32,000 nt of DNA from Opitutales bacterium. GTDB taxonomy: Bacteria; Verrucomicrobiota; Verrucomicrobiia; Opitutales; UBA9783. Where the stretch lies: contig JBKSMP010000008.1 of assembly GCA_046881885.1 (NCBI GenBank), positions 23,623-55,622 of the forward strand. Direction: 5' to 3'. Position numbers and translations under genes: made by a program. The notes beneath the pieces are model-generated. The model was given only the letters and a program-made list of their open reading frames with translations. It had not been told where the DNA came from and did not search any database. This document shows positions 25,307-32,000 of this stretch, piece by piece (the stretch's first letter is position 1; each line of letters opens with the position of its first letter).

Positions 25307-26484
25307 TAATGTACCAAAGAGGATAATTGGAAAATTGGCAAGAACATTGCGATAACAATTACACCAATGACGATGCCCAAGAAACAAATAATAAAGGGTT
25401 CTAGCAATGACGTCATAGCACCAACCATGTTATTTACATCGTTTTCATAAAGTACTGCGACGTTTTTTATCATTTTTTCCACATCACCAGCTTGCTCACC
25501 AGCCTTGGTCATATTGCATACGATACGAGGGAAATAAGATATGCTTTCCATCAAAGAAGATAATTGCTGACCTTCTTGAATCCCTTTCTTAATTTTTGCA
25601 CAAGCCATGTTCAAATAAAAACTATTGGCTACATTTGTACAAATATCGATAGCTTTTAATATTGGAACACCGTTTTCTAATAAAACCGCATAGGTTCTGC
25701 AAAAACGAGCAATGTTTGTCTTTTTAACAAGCGTACCAAACAAAGGCACATAACGTAAGGCCATATCTATAAATTGCGAACCTTTAGGCGATAGTACAAA
25801 CTTTTTGCCGCCGACAAAAAGACCAACTCCAATAAGGACAATCCATAAAATTTGAGCTTGAATGAAATTGCTGACATCGATTAGTTTTTGTGTTAACCAA
25901 GGCAAGTTTGCACCAAATCCACTAAACATTTCACCGAAAACAGGCACAACCCAAATCATTAGCCCCATAACAAGTAAAAAGGAAAAAACAACAATTACAA
26001 TAGGATAGGTAAGCGCACTTTTAAACTTTTTAGCTAATTTAAGTGAGGCATCTAGATAGTTAGCAATGGTTTCCATAGCATCCGGCAACGAACCAGAAAC
26101 TTCTCCAGCTTCAACCATATTATAAACCAATGGAGGAAAAGCATTTGGAAATTGCTTTAAGCTATCTGTAAATGAAGAACCTGCAAAAATCCCTTCTTTA
26201 ATTTGGACTAAAATAAACTTAAAGATCTTATCGTCTATTTCTGCAACAATCGTATCGAGTGCATGTGAAAGAGGCAAACCTGCTTGTAACATCGAAGCCA
26301 ATTGCTGTGTAAACACCGTTAAACGTTCCAATTTAACATGTGTTCGTAGCGCTTTAGCCATCATAACTTTATCGGAAACACTTCTGTTCGACTTAGCAAA
26401 GACCATTGCTGGCCCTTTCTTTTCAGCTGCTGATTTATCAGATACACTCGACGAAGTAACTTCTGTGTCTTCAAACAATACCAT
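25306..26484 (-). CDS. Type II secretion / type IV pilus inner-membrane platform protein (GspF/PilC family)
   Basis: The track start is TTG 26523. ATG 26484 gives 392 aa. It has two T2SSF repeats (FTQQLASMLQAGLPLSHALDTI... and FCRTYAVLLENGVPILKAIDIC...), three TM segments, and GFGANLPWLTQKLIDVS, the typical F-x-G-A-x-LP-x-x-T motif. Confidence 0.85.
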   Translation of the reverse strand: MVLFEDTEVTSSSVSDKSAAEKKGPAMVFAKSNRSVSDKVMMAKALRTHVKLERLTVFTQQLASMLQAGLPLSHALDTIVAEIDDKIFKFILVQIKEGIFAGSSFTDSLKQFPNAFPPLVYNMVEAGEVSGSLPDAMETIANYLDASLKLAKKFKSALTYPIVIVVFSFLLVMGLMIWVVPVFGEMFSGFGANLPWLTQKLIDVSNFIQAQILWIVLIGVGLFVGGKKFVLSPKGSQFIDMALRYVPLFGTLVKKTNIARFCRTYAVLLENGVPILKAIDICTNVANSFYLNMACAKIKKGIQEGQQLSSLMESISYFPRIVCNMTKAGEQAGDVEKMIKNVAVLYENDVNNMVGAMTSLLEPFIICFLGIVIGVIVIAMFLPIFQLSSLVH

Positions 26485-26933
26485 ACGTATTTTTAAAATA
26501 ATACTTTTTATATAAAAAATCAATTTAAGATTTTATAAAAATGCAAGTTCAAAGAGCAAGCTGAAGGGTAAACGGTTGCGAAAAGCAAGAAGAAATGTGA
26601 GAATAGCATTTCCTGGACAAAATGTAGCACAAACCCACCTCTGAAGAAAAATGCGATTTTTAGCTATGAAATTTGTCCCTAACAAACTAGAAATCAACAG
26701 GGATTCAGTTCTTTACAAAATTTTCTTTCAAATGCCTAACGTCCATTAATTTGTTCAAGGTCGTGCTTTGTAGTAACAAATACTTCTTATGCCTTTGTGT
26801 ATCTCGCAGTTTGCCCTCACAAAACTTAATTTCATCTTTTTATAAAATGCTTATGTATCTTCTATCTCTGCTTTCTTGTCTGAGCTCAATCGATTGTGTT
26901 TCGACCTTAATTTTACCTCAATTATTTTCTATC

Positions 26934-27974
26934 TTAAAGAAAAACGATAAACAGCAAGGGGCCTACAGCATTGGCAAGAAAACCGAAGTTTACGGAATTG
27001 CGTAGGCAGGCTTCCGTCCATGTGCTATCTTTGTTAAAAAGAAACTTCCAGGCGATATTAACAAGGAGGCCAAAGCAAGCCCAGCCAATTGCGCCGGTCA
27101 AAGTATAGAGCCAACAAAAAAATCGACTGCGTACAAACAGCAAATTGGTCAGCCAAAGAACTTGTGAAATGAAAAGCAAGCCATACATTCCCATTAAACG
27201 CTTTTGCTTGTCTTTTACAAAGACTCCTAGAGCTATTTGTAAAAAAATACTCAACAAAATTTGTGGCAAAATACAGCGTTCTAATTGTTCTACAGGCAAT
27301 AGGTAACGTTCAATAAAGGCCTCCAGGTGAAAGAAAAAGCCGGACGTTAACAGTACAGGCAAATAAATAATAAAATTAGCTGTTAAAAAACCTTTGTTTT
27401 TCCAAATTTCCCAAAAGGGTTTACCGGACGATGTTGTTGCGGTTCTTTTTTCTAAAATAAAGGCCATTATCACGTAAATCGCTCCAAAGGTGATTAATAA
27501 AAATGGCCAAGAGCACTTTTTAAGAGCGTAAAGAAGGGCAAAAGGTATAGCGTATACTAGAAAAGTTCCCCAAGCTTCTAGGCAGCCTGCAGCTAAACTA
27601 TAACGTTGTGCTGTTTTTGCCAACAAAACACGACATTCTTCAACAATAAGTCCTTGACCAAGCCATTGTATGAAAAAGAAAAAAAGGAAAAAAGAAATCA
27701 TAGACATAGATTTTCCTAAGCCTAAGGCCACGTAACTAATTCCCAAAAGAACGAAGCAAGCTTTCAAAGGTATCGATTTTGCAAAACATTTTTGTCCTTG
27801 AAGTACCAAAAATACGCATATGGTAGCCCATAAATAACTGTTTGCCAAGTCCAAACGTGTTAACTGGGCATCTTTCAGCCAAAATTCCGTAAAAGCCCCT
27901 AAGCACATAACGTTAGTGGGAGCCGTTAGTCCATATAAAAGAAAAATTTTGAGAAGGTTAAAGAATCTCACCAT
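26934..27974 (-). CDS. Polytopic membrane protein (about 10 TM; MFS/AmpG-like N-terminus, weak)
   Basis: 346 aa with an ATG start overlapping the CPBP gene by 17 nt. Hydrophobic throughout. The N-terminal LLYGLTAPTNVMCLGAFTEFWLKDAQLTRLDLAN loosely recalls the AmpG/PAT-family opening (GLP..L..G.L..W......l....IG). The family assignment is tentative. Confidence 0.5.
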   Translation of the reverse strand: MVRFFNLLKIFLLYGLTAPTNVMCLGAFTEFWLKDAQLTRLDLANSYLWATICVFLVLQGQKCFAKSIPLKACFVLLGISYVALGLGKSMSMISFFLFFFFIQWLGQGLIVEECRVLLAKTAQRYSLAAGCLEAWGTFLVYAIPFALLYALKKCSWPFLLITFGAIYVIMAFILEKRTATTSSGKPFWEIWKNKGFLTANFIIYLPVLLTSGFFFHLEAFIERYLLPVEQLERCILPQILLSIFLQIALGVFVKDKQKRLMGMYGLLFISQVLWLTNLLFVRSRFFCWLYTLTGAIGWACFGLLVNIAWKFLFNKDSTWTEACLRNSVNFGFLANAVGPLLFIVFL

Positions 27975-28845
27975 GCTTTTGTTGCATACGATGCTTTAAT
28001 GGAATATAAACTAAGACTAAAACAATCACAACAAACCATGCATCTGTTAAGCGTCCTGTTCCCCAAAATGAATGTTGTGTTTCGTTAAAAAGAAAAACCT
28101 GTCGAATGCTCATCAAAGTAAATACTAAGCCTTGATGGAAGCCAATTGCAGCCCAAAGAGAATTATAATAAAGACGTAAAGCTACTAAAATTTTGCTCAA
28201 AAAAATTAATGAAAAGAAATAAGGCCAATGAATGTTTCCCCAAATACTTGTGAGAGAATTCCATGCGCATTGTAAACTTTGTAAAAAAACCGGCAAGTTA
28301 TTGGTTTTTCCTTCATTGCACAAAGAAAAATGTAAAACAGCAAACAAAAATGCCAGCAAAGCCGAACTTTTATGGATCGAATGTTTTTTGCGTAAAAATT
28401 CAAAAATAAATCCACGAAAAATAAGTTCTTCGATAAATGCTAACAGTAAACTGGCCGAGAATGCTTTAAAAATCGACAAATGCCAATTCGAGCGCATTTG
28501 AAGTTTGTGTGTTGCTAAAACAATGCATAACAGTAAAAAGGTCCACAAAAAACACCCTCGGAGGAAGCCGCGAGTATAAGCCTTTAAATTAATTTTTAGG
28601 GCTAAGCCTTGCCATTTGACTTGTGTCGTTTTTAGCAAATAGGGAATGATGCAAATAAATCCAGCAATCCGCAATCGATCGATGTATTGATGCAAAGGCT
28701 TTTGGGCTAAATAAGCTAACCAATTCGCTTGAAAAATAGTATTTAATTTCGAAACAAGAATATAAAACAAGGGTGCTATTAATGCAGCCCCTAACAAAAC
28801 CAGTAAATATACTGTAACGAGCCAACAAAACCCTTTTTTCTGCAT
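27958..28845 (-). CDS. CPBP-family intramembrane glutamic endopeptidase (CAAX protease/Abi family)
   Basis: 295 aa and polytopic. Motif 1 AFIEELIFRGFIFEFL (EExxxR), motif 2 LLAFLFAVLHF (FxxxH) and motif 3 AAIGFHQGLVFTL (HxxxN/x). Its start is 15 nt downstream of tRNA-Val on the same strand. Confidence 0.8.
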   Translation of the reverse strand: MQKKGFCWLVTVYLLVLLGAALIAPLFYILVSKLNTIFQANWLAYLAQKPLHQYIDRLRIAGFICIIPYLLKTTQVKWQGLALKINLKAYTRGFLRGCFLWTFLLLCIVLATHKLQMRSNWHLSIFKAFSASLLLAFIEELIFRGFIFEFLRKKHSIHKSSALLAFLFAVLHFSLCNEGKTNNLPVFLQSLQCAWNSLTSIWGNIHWPYFFSLIFLSKILVALRLYYNSLWAAIGFHQGLVFTLMSIRQVFLFNETQHSFWGTGRLTDAWFVVIVLVLVYIPLKHRMQQKHGEIL

Positions 28846-28859
28846 ATTAATTTGAAAAC

Positions 28860-28936
28860 TGGTGGGAGGTACTGGACTCGAACCAGCGACCCCTAGCGTG
28901 TCATGCTAGTGCTCTAACCAACTGAGCTAACCCCCC
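28860..28936 (-). tRNA. tRNA-Val (anticodon GAC), CCA encoded
   Basis: The reverse complement reads GGGGGGT-TA-GCTC-AGTTGGTTA-GAGC-A-CTAGC-ATGACAC-GCTAG-GGGTC-GCTGG-TTCGAGT-CCAGT-ACCTCCC-A-CCA. This is a canonical 77-nt cloverleaf with U33-GAC-A37 and one G.U in each of the acceptor and T stems. Confidence 0.9.
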
Positions 28937-29010
28937 AGCTCTTTATAAAATGTGTTTTTTGCTTAAAATAAGCAAGTGTTTTCTGTAAAAATTTGAAAGA
29001 ACTTCTTAAT

Positions 29011-29039
29011 GATAAAACCTCCGATAAATCCATCGGAGG
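29011..29039 (-). terminator. Rho-independent terminator of the rplM-rpsI operon
   Basis: CCTCCGAT (29018-29025) and ATCGGAGG (29032-29039) form a perfect 8-bp stem with a 6-nt loop. On the minus strand it is followed by TTTTATCATT. It begins 19 nt after the rpsI stop. Confidence 0.7.
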
Positions 29040-29058
29040 CCAGTAAAAAGAAATCTTC

Positions 29059-29460
29059 TTAACGTTTTGAAAATTGGAAACGCTTACGAGCTCCTGGACG
29101 ACCTGGCTTTTTACGTTCTTTACTACGAGAATCACGTGTTAACAAGCCTTCCTTTTTTAACAACGGACGCCATTCTGGATTCATTTTCTCTAAAGCACGT
29201 GCCAAACCTAAAACGATAGCTTCTGTTTGTCCCATAAATCCGCCACCTTTTACAAATGCACGGAAATTAAAGCTCGATTCATCGCCAACAACACGAAAAG
29301 GTTTAATTAGAAGGGAATTAATTGCATCTGACAATTTTGCACGATCAACTTCTTGACCATTAATTGACCAACGACCTTCTCCTTTGGACAAACGTACTCT
29401 TGCCACAGCCGTTTTGCGACGTCCGACAGTTACAAATTCTTCAGCTTTTATTTTTGTCAT
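29059..29460 (-). CDS. rpsI: 30S ribosomal protein S9
   Basis: 133 aa. GRRKTAVARVRL, GGGFMGQTEAIVLGLARAL and the universal C-terminus LTRDSRSKERKKPGRPGARKRFQFSKR. Confidence 0.95.
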   Translation of the reverse strand: MTKIKAEEFVTVGRRKTAVARVRLSKGEGRWSINGQEVDRAKLSDAINSLLIKPFRVVGDESSFNFRAFVKGGGFMGQTEAIVLGLARALEKMNPEWRPLLKKEGLLTRDSRSKERKKPGRPGARKRFQFSKR

Positions 29461-29478
29461 AAAAAAACAACTCCTAAA

Positions 29479-29910
29479 TTATTTCTCAAATGGAACAGGG
29501 TTTTGTGCTGCGTAAGGATGGGTTTCTCCTGCACAAACGCGTAATTTCTTCAACATGTGGCGCGACAAACGATTTTTTGGCATCATACCACGAACTGCGT
29601 TCATAATGATGAACTCTGGAGATTTTTCGCGCATTTCATCAAAGGTACGGACATGCAAACCTCTTTGGTATCCGGAATAAGAGGCATAGGTTTTGTCTGT
29701 TTCTTTGCTTCCTGTGACCTTTATGTCTTTAGCATTGATAACGACCACGTAATCACCTGTATCACAATGAGGCGTATATAAAGCCTTTGTACGGCCACGC
29801 AATAAATTGGCGATTTCAACGGCTAAACGTCCTAAAATTTTTCCTTTCGCATCAATTAGATGCCATTTTTTCTCAATATCTTTAGCTTGTGTAACTAAGG
29901 TTGTCTTCAT
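29479..29910 (-). CDS. rplM: 50S ribosomal protein L13
   Basis: 143 aa. KKWHLIDAKGKILGRLAVEIANLLRGR, YTPHCDTGDYVVVINA, AVRGMMPKNRLSR and LRVCAGETHPYAAQNP. It lies immediately upstream of rpsI in the conserved rplM-rpsI order, with AAGGAAG before the ATG. Confidence 0.95.
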   Translation of the reverse strand: MKTTLVTQAKDIEKKWHLIDAKGKILGRLAVEIANLLRGRTKALYTPHCDTGDYVVVINAKDIKVTGSKETDKTYASYSGYQRGLHVRTFDEMREKSPEFIIMNAVRGMMPKNRLSRHMLKKLRVCAGETHPYAAQNPVPFEK

Positions 29911-30094
29911 TCGATTTCTTTACTTCCTTCTAGGAAACCGAAAAAACAACCTTCTTGTCAAGCTTTTCCTGAAAGTTTTTAATATAAAGCATTGGAAAAA
30001 TAGAGTTATCAAAAGTGGGTAAAAATAAAATTTTTCACCTACTCTTTTAAATTTATCAAGTGCAGGTTTTTATAATAATTTAAATTAAACAAAC

Positions 30095-30436
30095 TTACTT
30101 TTTTTGCAAATGATTAAGCCCCTCAACGACGTTATCATAAATGGGAAAAAGTTCATTAAAGCCAGAAATTTTAAAGATTTGATGCACGTGGTCGTTGATA
30201 TGAGCTACAGCTAAATTTCCTGAATATTTTTTTACTTCCTTTGCAAGCTTGAGCAGGACACGCAAGCCGGCACTACTGATGAAATCTATTGAAGTACCAT
30301 CGATGAGCACTTTAGATTCCTGTTGAGATAAAAGTTTATTACAAATATTTTCGAGTTTTGACGTGCTGGCTGTATCTACGCGGCCTTTAATCGTTAAAAC
30401 CGAAACCTCTTCTATTTTTGTTAATCCGACTTCCAT
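30095..30436 (-). CDS. STAS-domain protein (SpoIIAA/RsbV-type anti-sigma-factor antagonist)
   Basis: 113 aa. VSVLTIKGRVDTASTSKLE...VLIDGTSIDFISSAGLRVLLKL, with Ser in the D-x-x-x-S-S-x-G-L phospho-acceptor context, and a C-terminal FKISGFNELFPIY. Confidence 0.8.
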   Translation of the reverse strand: MEVGLTKIEEVSVLTIKGRVDTASTSKLENICNKLLSQQESKVLIDGTSIDFISSAGLRVLLKLAKEVKKYSGNLAVAHINDHVHQIFKISGFNELFPIYDNVVEGLNHLQKK

Positions 30437-30515
30437 TGCTAAAATTTATTCACATTGCTCTTGATAATTTAAAAAAAATTTAAGAAGATAGCAAGCGTAA
30501 AATTAAGGTGATGTT

Positions 30516-31028
30516 ATGCGCATACGTTTTTTTGTTTTGATGTTGATTTTGGGAGGTTTGGTAGGATGTTCAAATTATAAAGCAGGGTATCCTATTGATC
30601 GTACACATTTAAAGACGGTATTTGTATTGCCAGCAAAAACGCGTGCACTAGCAGCACAAATGTCGGGAGTGTTGTCTCAGCAAATGCGTGAAGCTATTTT
30701 GCGTTATGGTACACTTAAATTAGCCAAAACGATTGAAGCGGCAGATGTTGTTCTAGAAACTGAAATTACGCATTATGGACGCTCTATAGGAACAGTAGAT
30801 GAATATGATACGGATGTTGCCAAGACATTATCTCTTAATGCTTCTGTAAAGTGTAGTTTATATAACCATCAAGGGAAAGTTTTCTTTAAGGATCAAAGTT
30901 TTTCTGCGTCTGTTAGCATTAACGCTACCGATTCTGCGCAACTAATCGAGTATCAGCGCATGCCACAATTGACGCGCGAGTTAGCGCAAAAAATTGCTAT
31001 GTATATTGCAAATCTTGAGGCGCAATAA
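30516..31028 (+). CDS. Outer-membrane lipoprotein, LptE-like (LPS-assembly lipoprotein) by size and architecture
   Basis: 170 aa. Signal peptide plus lipobox LILGGLVGC-S, with AAGGTGA SD. The segment order parallels E. coli LptE as I recall it: Cys-G(Y/W)-x-(L/I)-(R/D), a beta-strand block VFVLP, a central ...ETEITHYGRS... and a C-terminal helix LTRELAQKIAMYI. This is a weak, pattern-level match. Confidence 0.45.
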   Translation: MRIRFFVLMLILGGLVGCSNYKAGYPIDRTHLKTVFVLPAKTRALAAQMSGVLSQQMREAILRYGTLKLAKTIEAADVVLETEITHYGRSIGTVDEYDTDVAKTLSLNASVKCSLYNHQGKVFFKDQSFSASVSINATDSAQLIEYQRMPQLTRELAQKIAMYIANLEAQ

Positions 31029-31031
31029 GCT

Positions 31032-31646
31032 ATGGAATGGTTACCTTCGCTCTTTGCTGCGCATCCACTGGATTTAAAAGCAGGCTTAGATCGTGTCATC
31101 CAATCGGGATTCCAGCAGGTTCACTTGGATTGTATGGATGGCCATTTTGTTCCTAATATAACCTTCGGGCCAAGTGTTGTAAAAGCTGTTAAGGAGTATG
31201 CACCGCAACTCTTTCGTGATGTTCATCTTATGTTGGCTCATCCAGAGGACTTTATTGAAACCTACATAGAAAGTGGTGCCCAGAGGATTTTTATACATGT
31301 TGAAATCGACCCTGTTTCATTGAAAAATAGCATAAAAATCCTTCAGGAAAGTAAAATCGAATGGGGGTTTGCAATCAATCCTGAAACGCCTGTAACTTGT
31401 CTAGAAGCTTATTCTAATTGGATACAACAAACAAACCGTCTGCTTGTTATGAGTGTGCATCCGGGTTTTAGTGGCCAAACATTTATTCCACAAACTTATG
31501 AACGTATTTCATTTATAAAAAAATTATTTCCTGCATTAGAGTTTTGTGTAGATGGTGGTGTTACGCCTGCTATTGCCAATAATTTAGCTAAATTGGGTGT
31601 TGCAAGTTGTGTTAGAGGCTCTAGTTTTTTTAAGAATACTTACTAG
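31032..31646 (+). CDS. rpe: Ribulose-phosphate 3-epimerase
   Basis: 204 aa. HLDCMDGHFVPNITFGP, DVHLM, GFAINPETP, LVMSVHPGFSGQTFIP, CVDGGV and RGSSFF. All are canonical Rpe TIM-barrel motifs. Confidence 0.85.
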   Translation: MEWLPSLFAAHPLDLKAGLDRVIQSGFQQVHLDCMDGHFVPNITFGPSVVKAVKEYAPQLFRDVHLMLAHPEDFIETYIESGAQRIFIHVEIDPVSLKNSIKILQESKIEWGFAINPETPVTCLEAYSNWIQQTNRLLVMSVHPGFSGQTFIPQTYERISFIKKLFPALEFCVDGGVTPAIANNLAKLGVASCVRGSSFFKNTY

Positions 31647-32000
31647 TCATTGTGTAAAAGTCTTTGGGAAAGAAGGAATAGCATGTTCTAGGTTGTGGTG
31701 GCCGCGGTAGCGTGCGTCCAGTTCCATTTTGAGGTATGTGAAGATATGTGGATGGCGATTCTGCAGTGAGCGAGGTTGTACACTCTATTTAAGTATTTTG
31801 TTTGATTGTTTGTTGTTTACTATTAAAAGGTACATGTAATTTTCAGAATTTTGCCAAAGATTCATGTGTTTCAAATTTTAACAACTTTACTGAATAAAAA
31901 ACTATAAAATCTTTCTGCCATTTTTTTCAAAAATTTTCTCAAGATTTTAGCAAAAATGCCGATAGTATAAACTATAGAGCGAGAAATATTTTATGAAAAA

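Noticed and set aside
25307-25387. Upstream extension of the 473-aa ORF into the GspF-family gene
   Set aside because: ATG 25306 forms a classic TAATG stop/start junction. The 27 extra residues (MFLGHRHWCNCYRNVLANF...) overlap the conserved C-terminal TM segment of the F protein in another frame.
26485-26523. TTG 26523 start for the GspF-family gene; likewise TTG 21083 for the 7TM-HD gene and TTG 2714 for the small secreted protein
   Set aside because: In each case an in-frame ATG lies a few codons downstream. I preferred these as the more conventional choice. Only N-terminal proteomics or ribosome profiling could settle it.
26751-27005. 84-aa plus-strand ORF in the long spacer
   Set aside because: It has a TTG-type start, a Cys/Leu/Ser-rich low-complexity sequence and no SD. 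It runs into the 3' end of the convergent membrane-protein gene.
28959-28975. Hairpin TTGCTTA-AAA-TAAGCAA between the rpsI terminator and tRNA-Val
   Set aside because: It is a perfect but AT-rich 7-bp stem. On the minus (transcribed) strand it is followed by A's rather than a U-tract, so it is not a terminator. No function can be argued from sequence alone.
1-32000. Taxonomic guess (a PVC/Chlamydiae-like or other specific lineage) from the STAS protein, orphan T2SS-F gene and low GC; also the idea that the window hides a phage-defence or mobile element system
   Set aside because: Ribosomal proteins and the Wbp/ArnA-like enzymes look generically Gram-negative, so I cannot place the organism without a search. 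I found no integrase, transposase, nuclease, helicase, RT, toxin-antitoxin-like pairs, CRISPR repeats or flanking long repeats by eye.

Overview
32-kb chromosomal window from a low-GC, Gram-negative-type bacterium. My spot counts on single 60-nt lines range from 17% to 40% GC. I can support 32 protein-coding genes, 2 tRNAs, 2 intrinsic terminators, one in-frame tandem repeat and one intergenic palindrome. By eye I found no CRISPR array, transposase, integrase, rRNA or defence-system hallmarks (no nuclease, helicase, RT or Walker-ATPase ORFs). Layout: (i) 1-2693, minus strand: a truncated CAP10/GT90-like LPS glycosyltransferase, a CrtI/amine-oxidase-type flavoprotein and a small secreted protein. 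(ii) 2961-19176, plus strand: one uninterrupted 16-gene train with 10 start/stop overlaps and a largest gap of 5 nt. It encodes a surface-glycan pathway: WbpA/B/E/I-type UDP-2,3-diamino-uronic acid synthesis with a formyltransferase-fold gene in the acetyltransferase slot, two GT-B glycosyltransferases, a PIG-L deacetylase/GNAT/WbqC triad, a Wzy_C-family membrane protein carrying a (QAKEV)n repeat, a Wzx flippase, an AsnB-type amidotransferase and an MBOAT + SGNH O-acylation pair. (iii) tRNA-Ser(UGA), followed 17 nt later by a stand-alone ArnA-C-terminal-like UDP-GlcA decarboxylase. (iv) A HIT protein and a 7TM-HD (PgpH-like) phosphohydrolase. (v) Minus strand: a GspF/PilC-family platform gene coupled to two uncharacterised bitopic proteins with GspL/PilMN-like and GspM/PilO-like architecture, with no ATPase, pseudopilin or secretin nearby. 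(vi) A polytopic membrane protein, a CPBP protease, tRNA-Val(GAC), rpsI-rplM, a STAS protein, an LptE-like lipoprotein and rpe. The glycan locus is the accessory region, and it holds the best candidates for undescribed chemistry: a formyl/amide/O-acyl-decorated diamino-uronic acid and a length-variable polymerase/ligase loop. All family assignments rest on motifs and my memory of reference sequences. No database search was possible.
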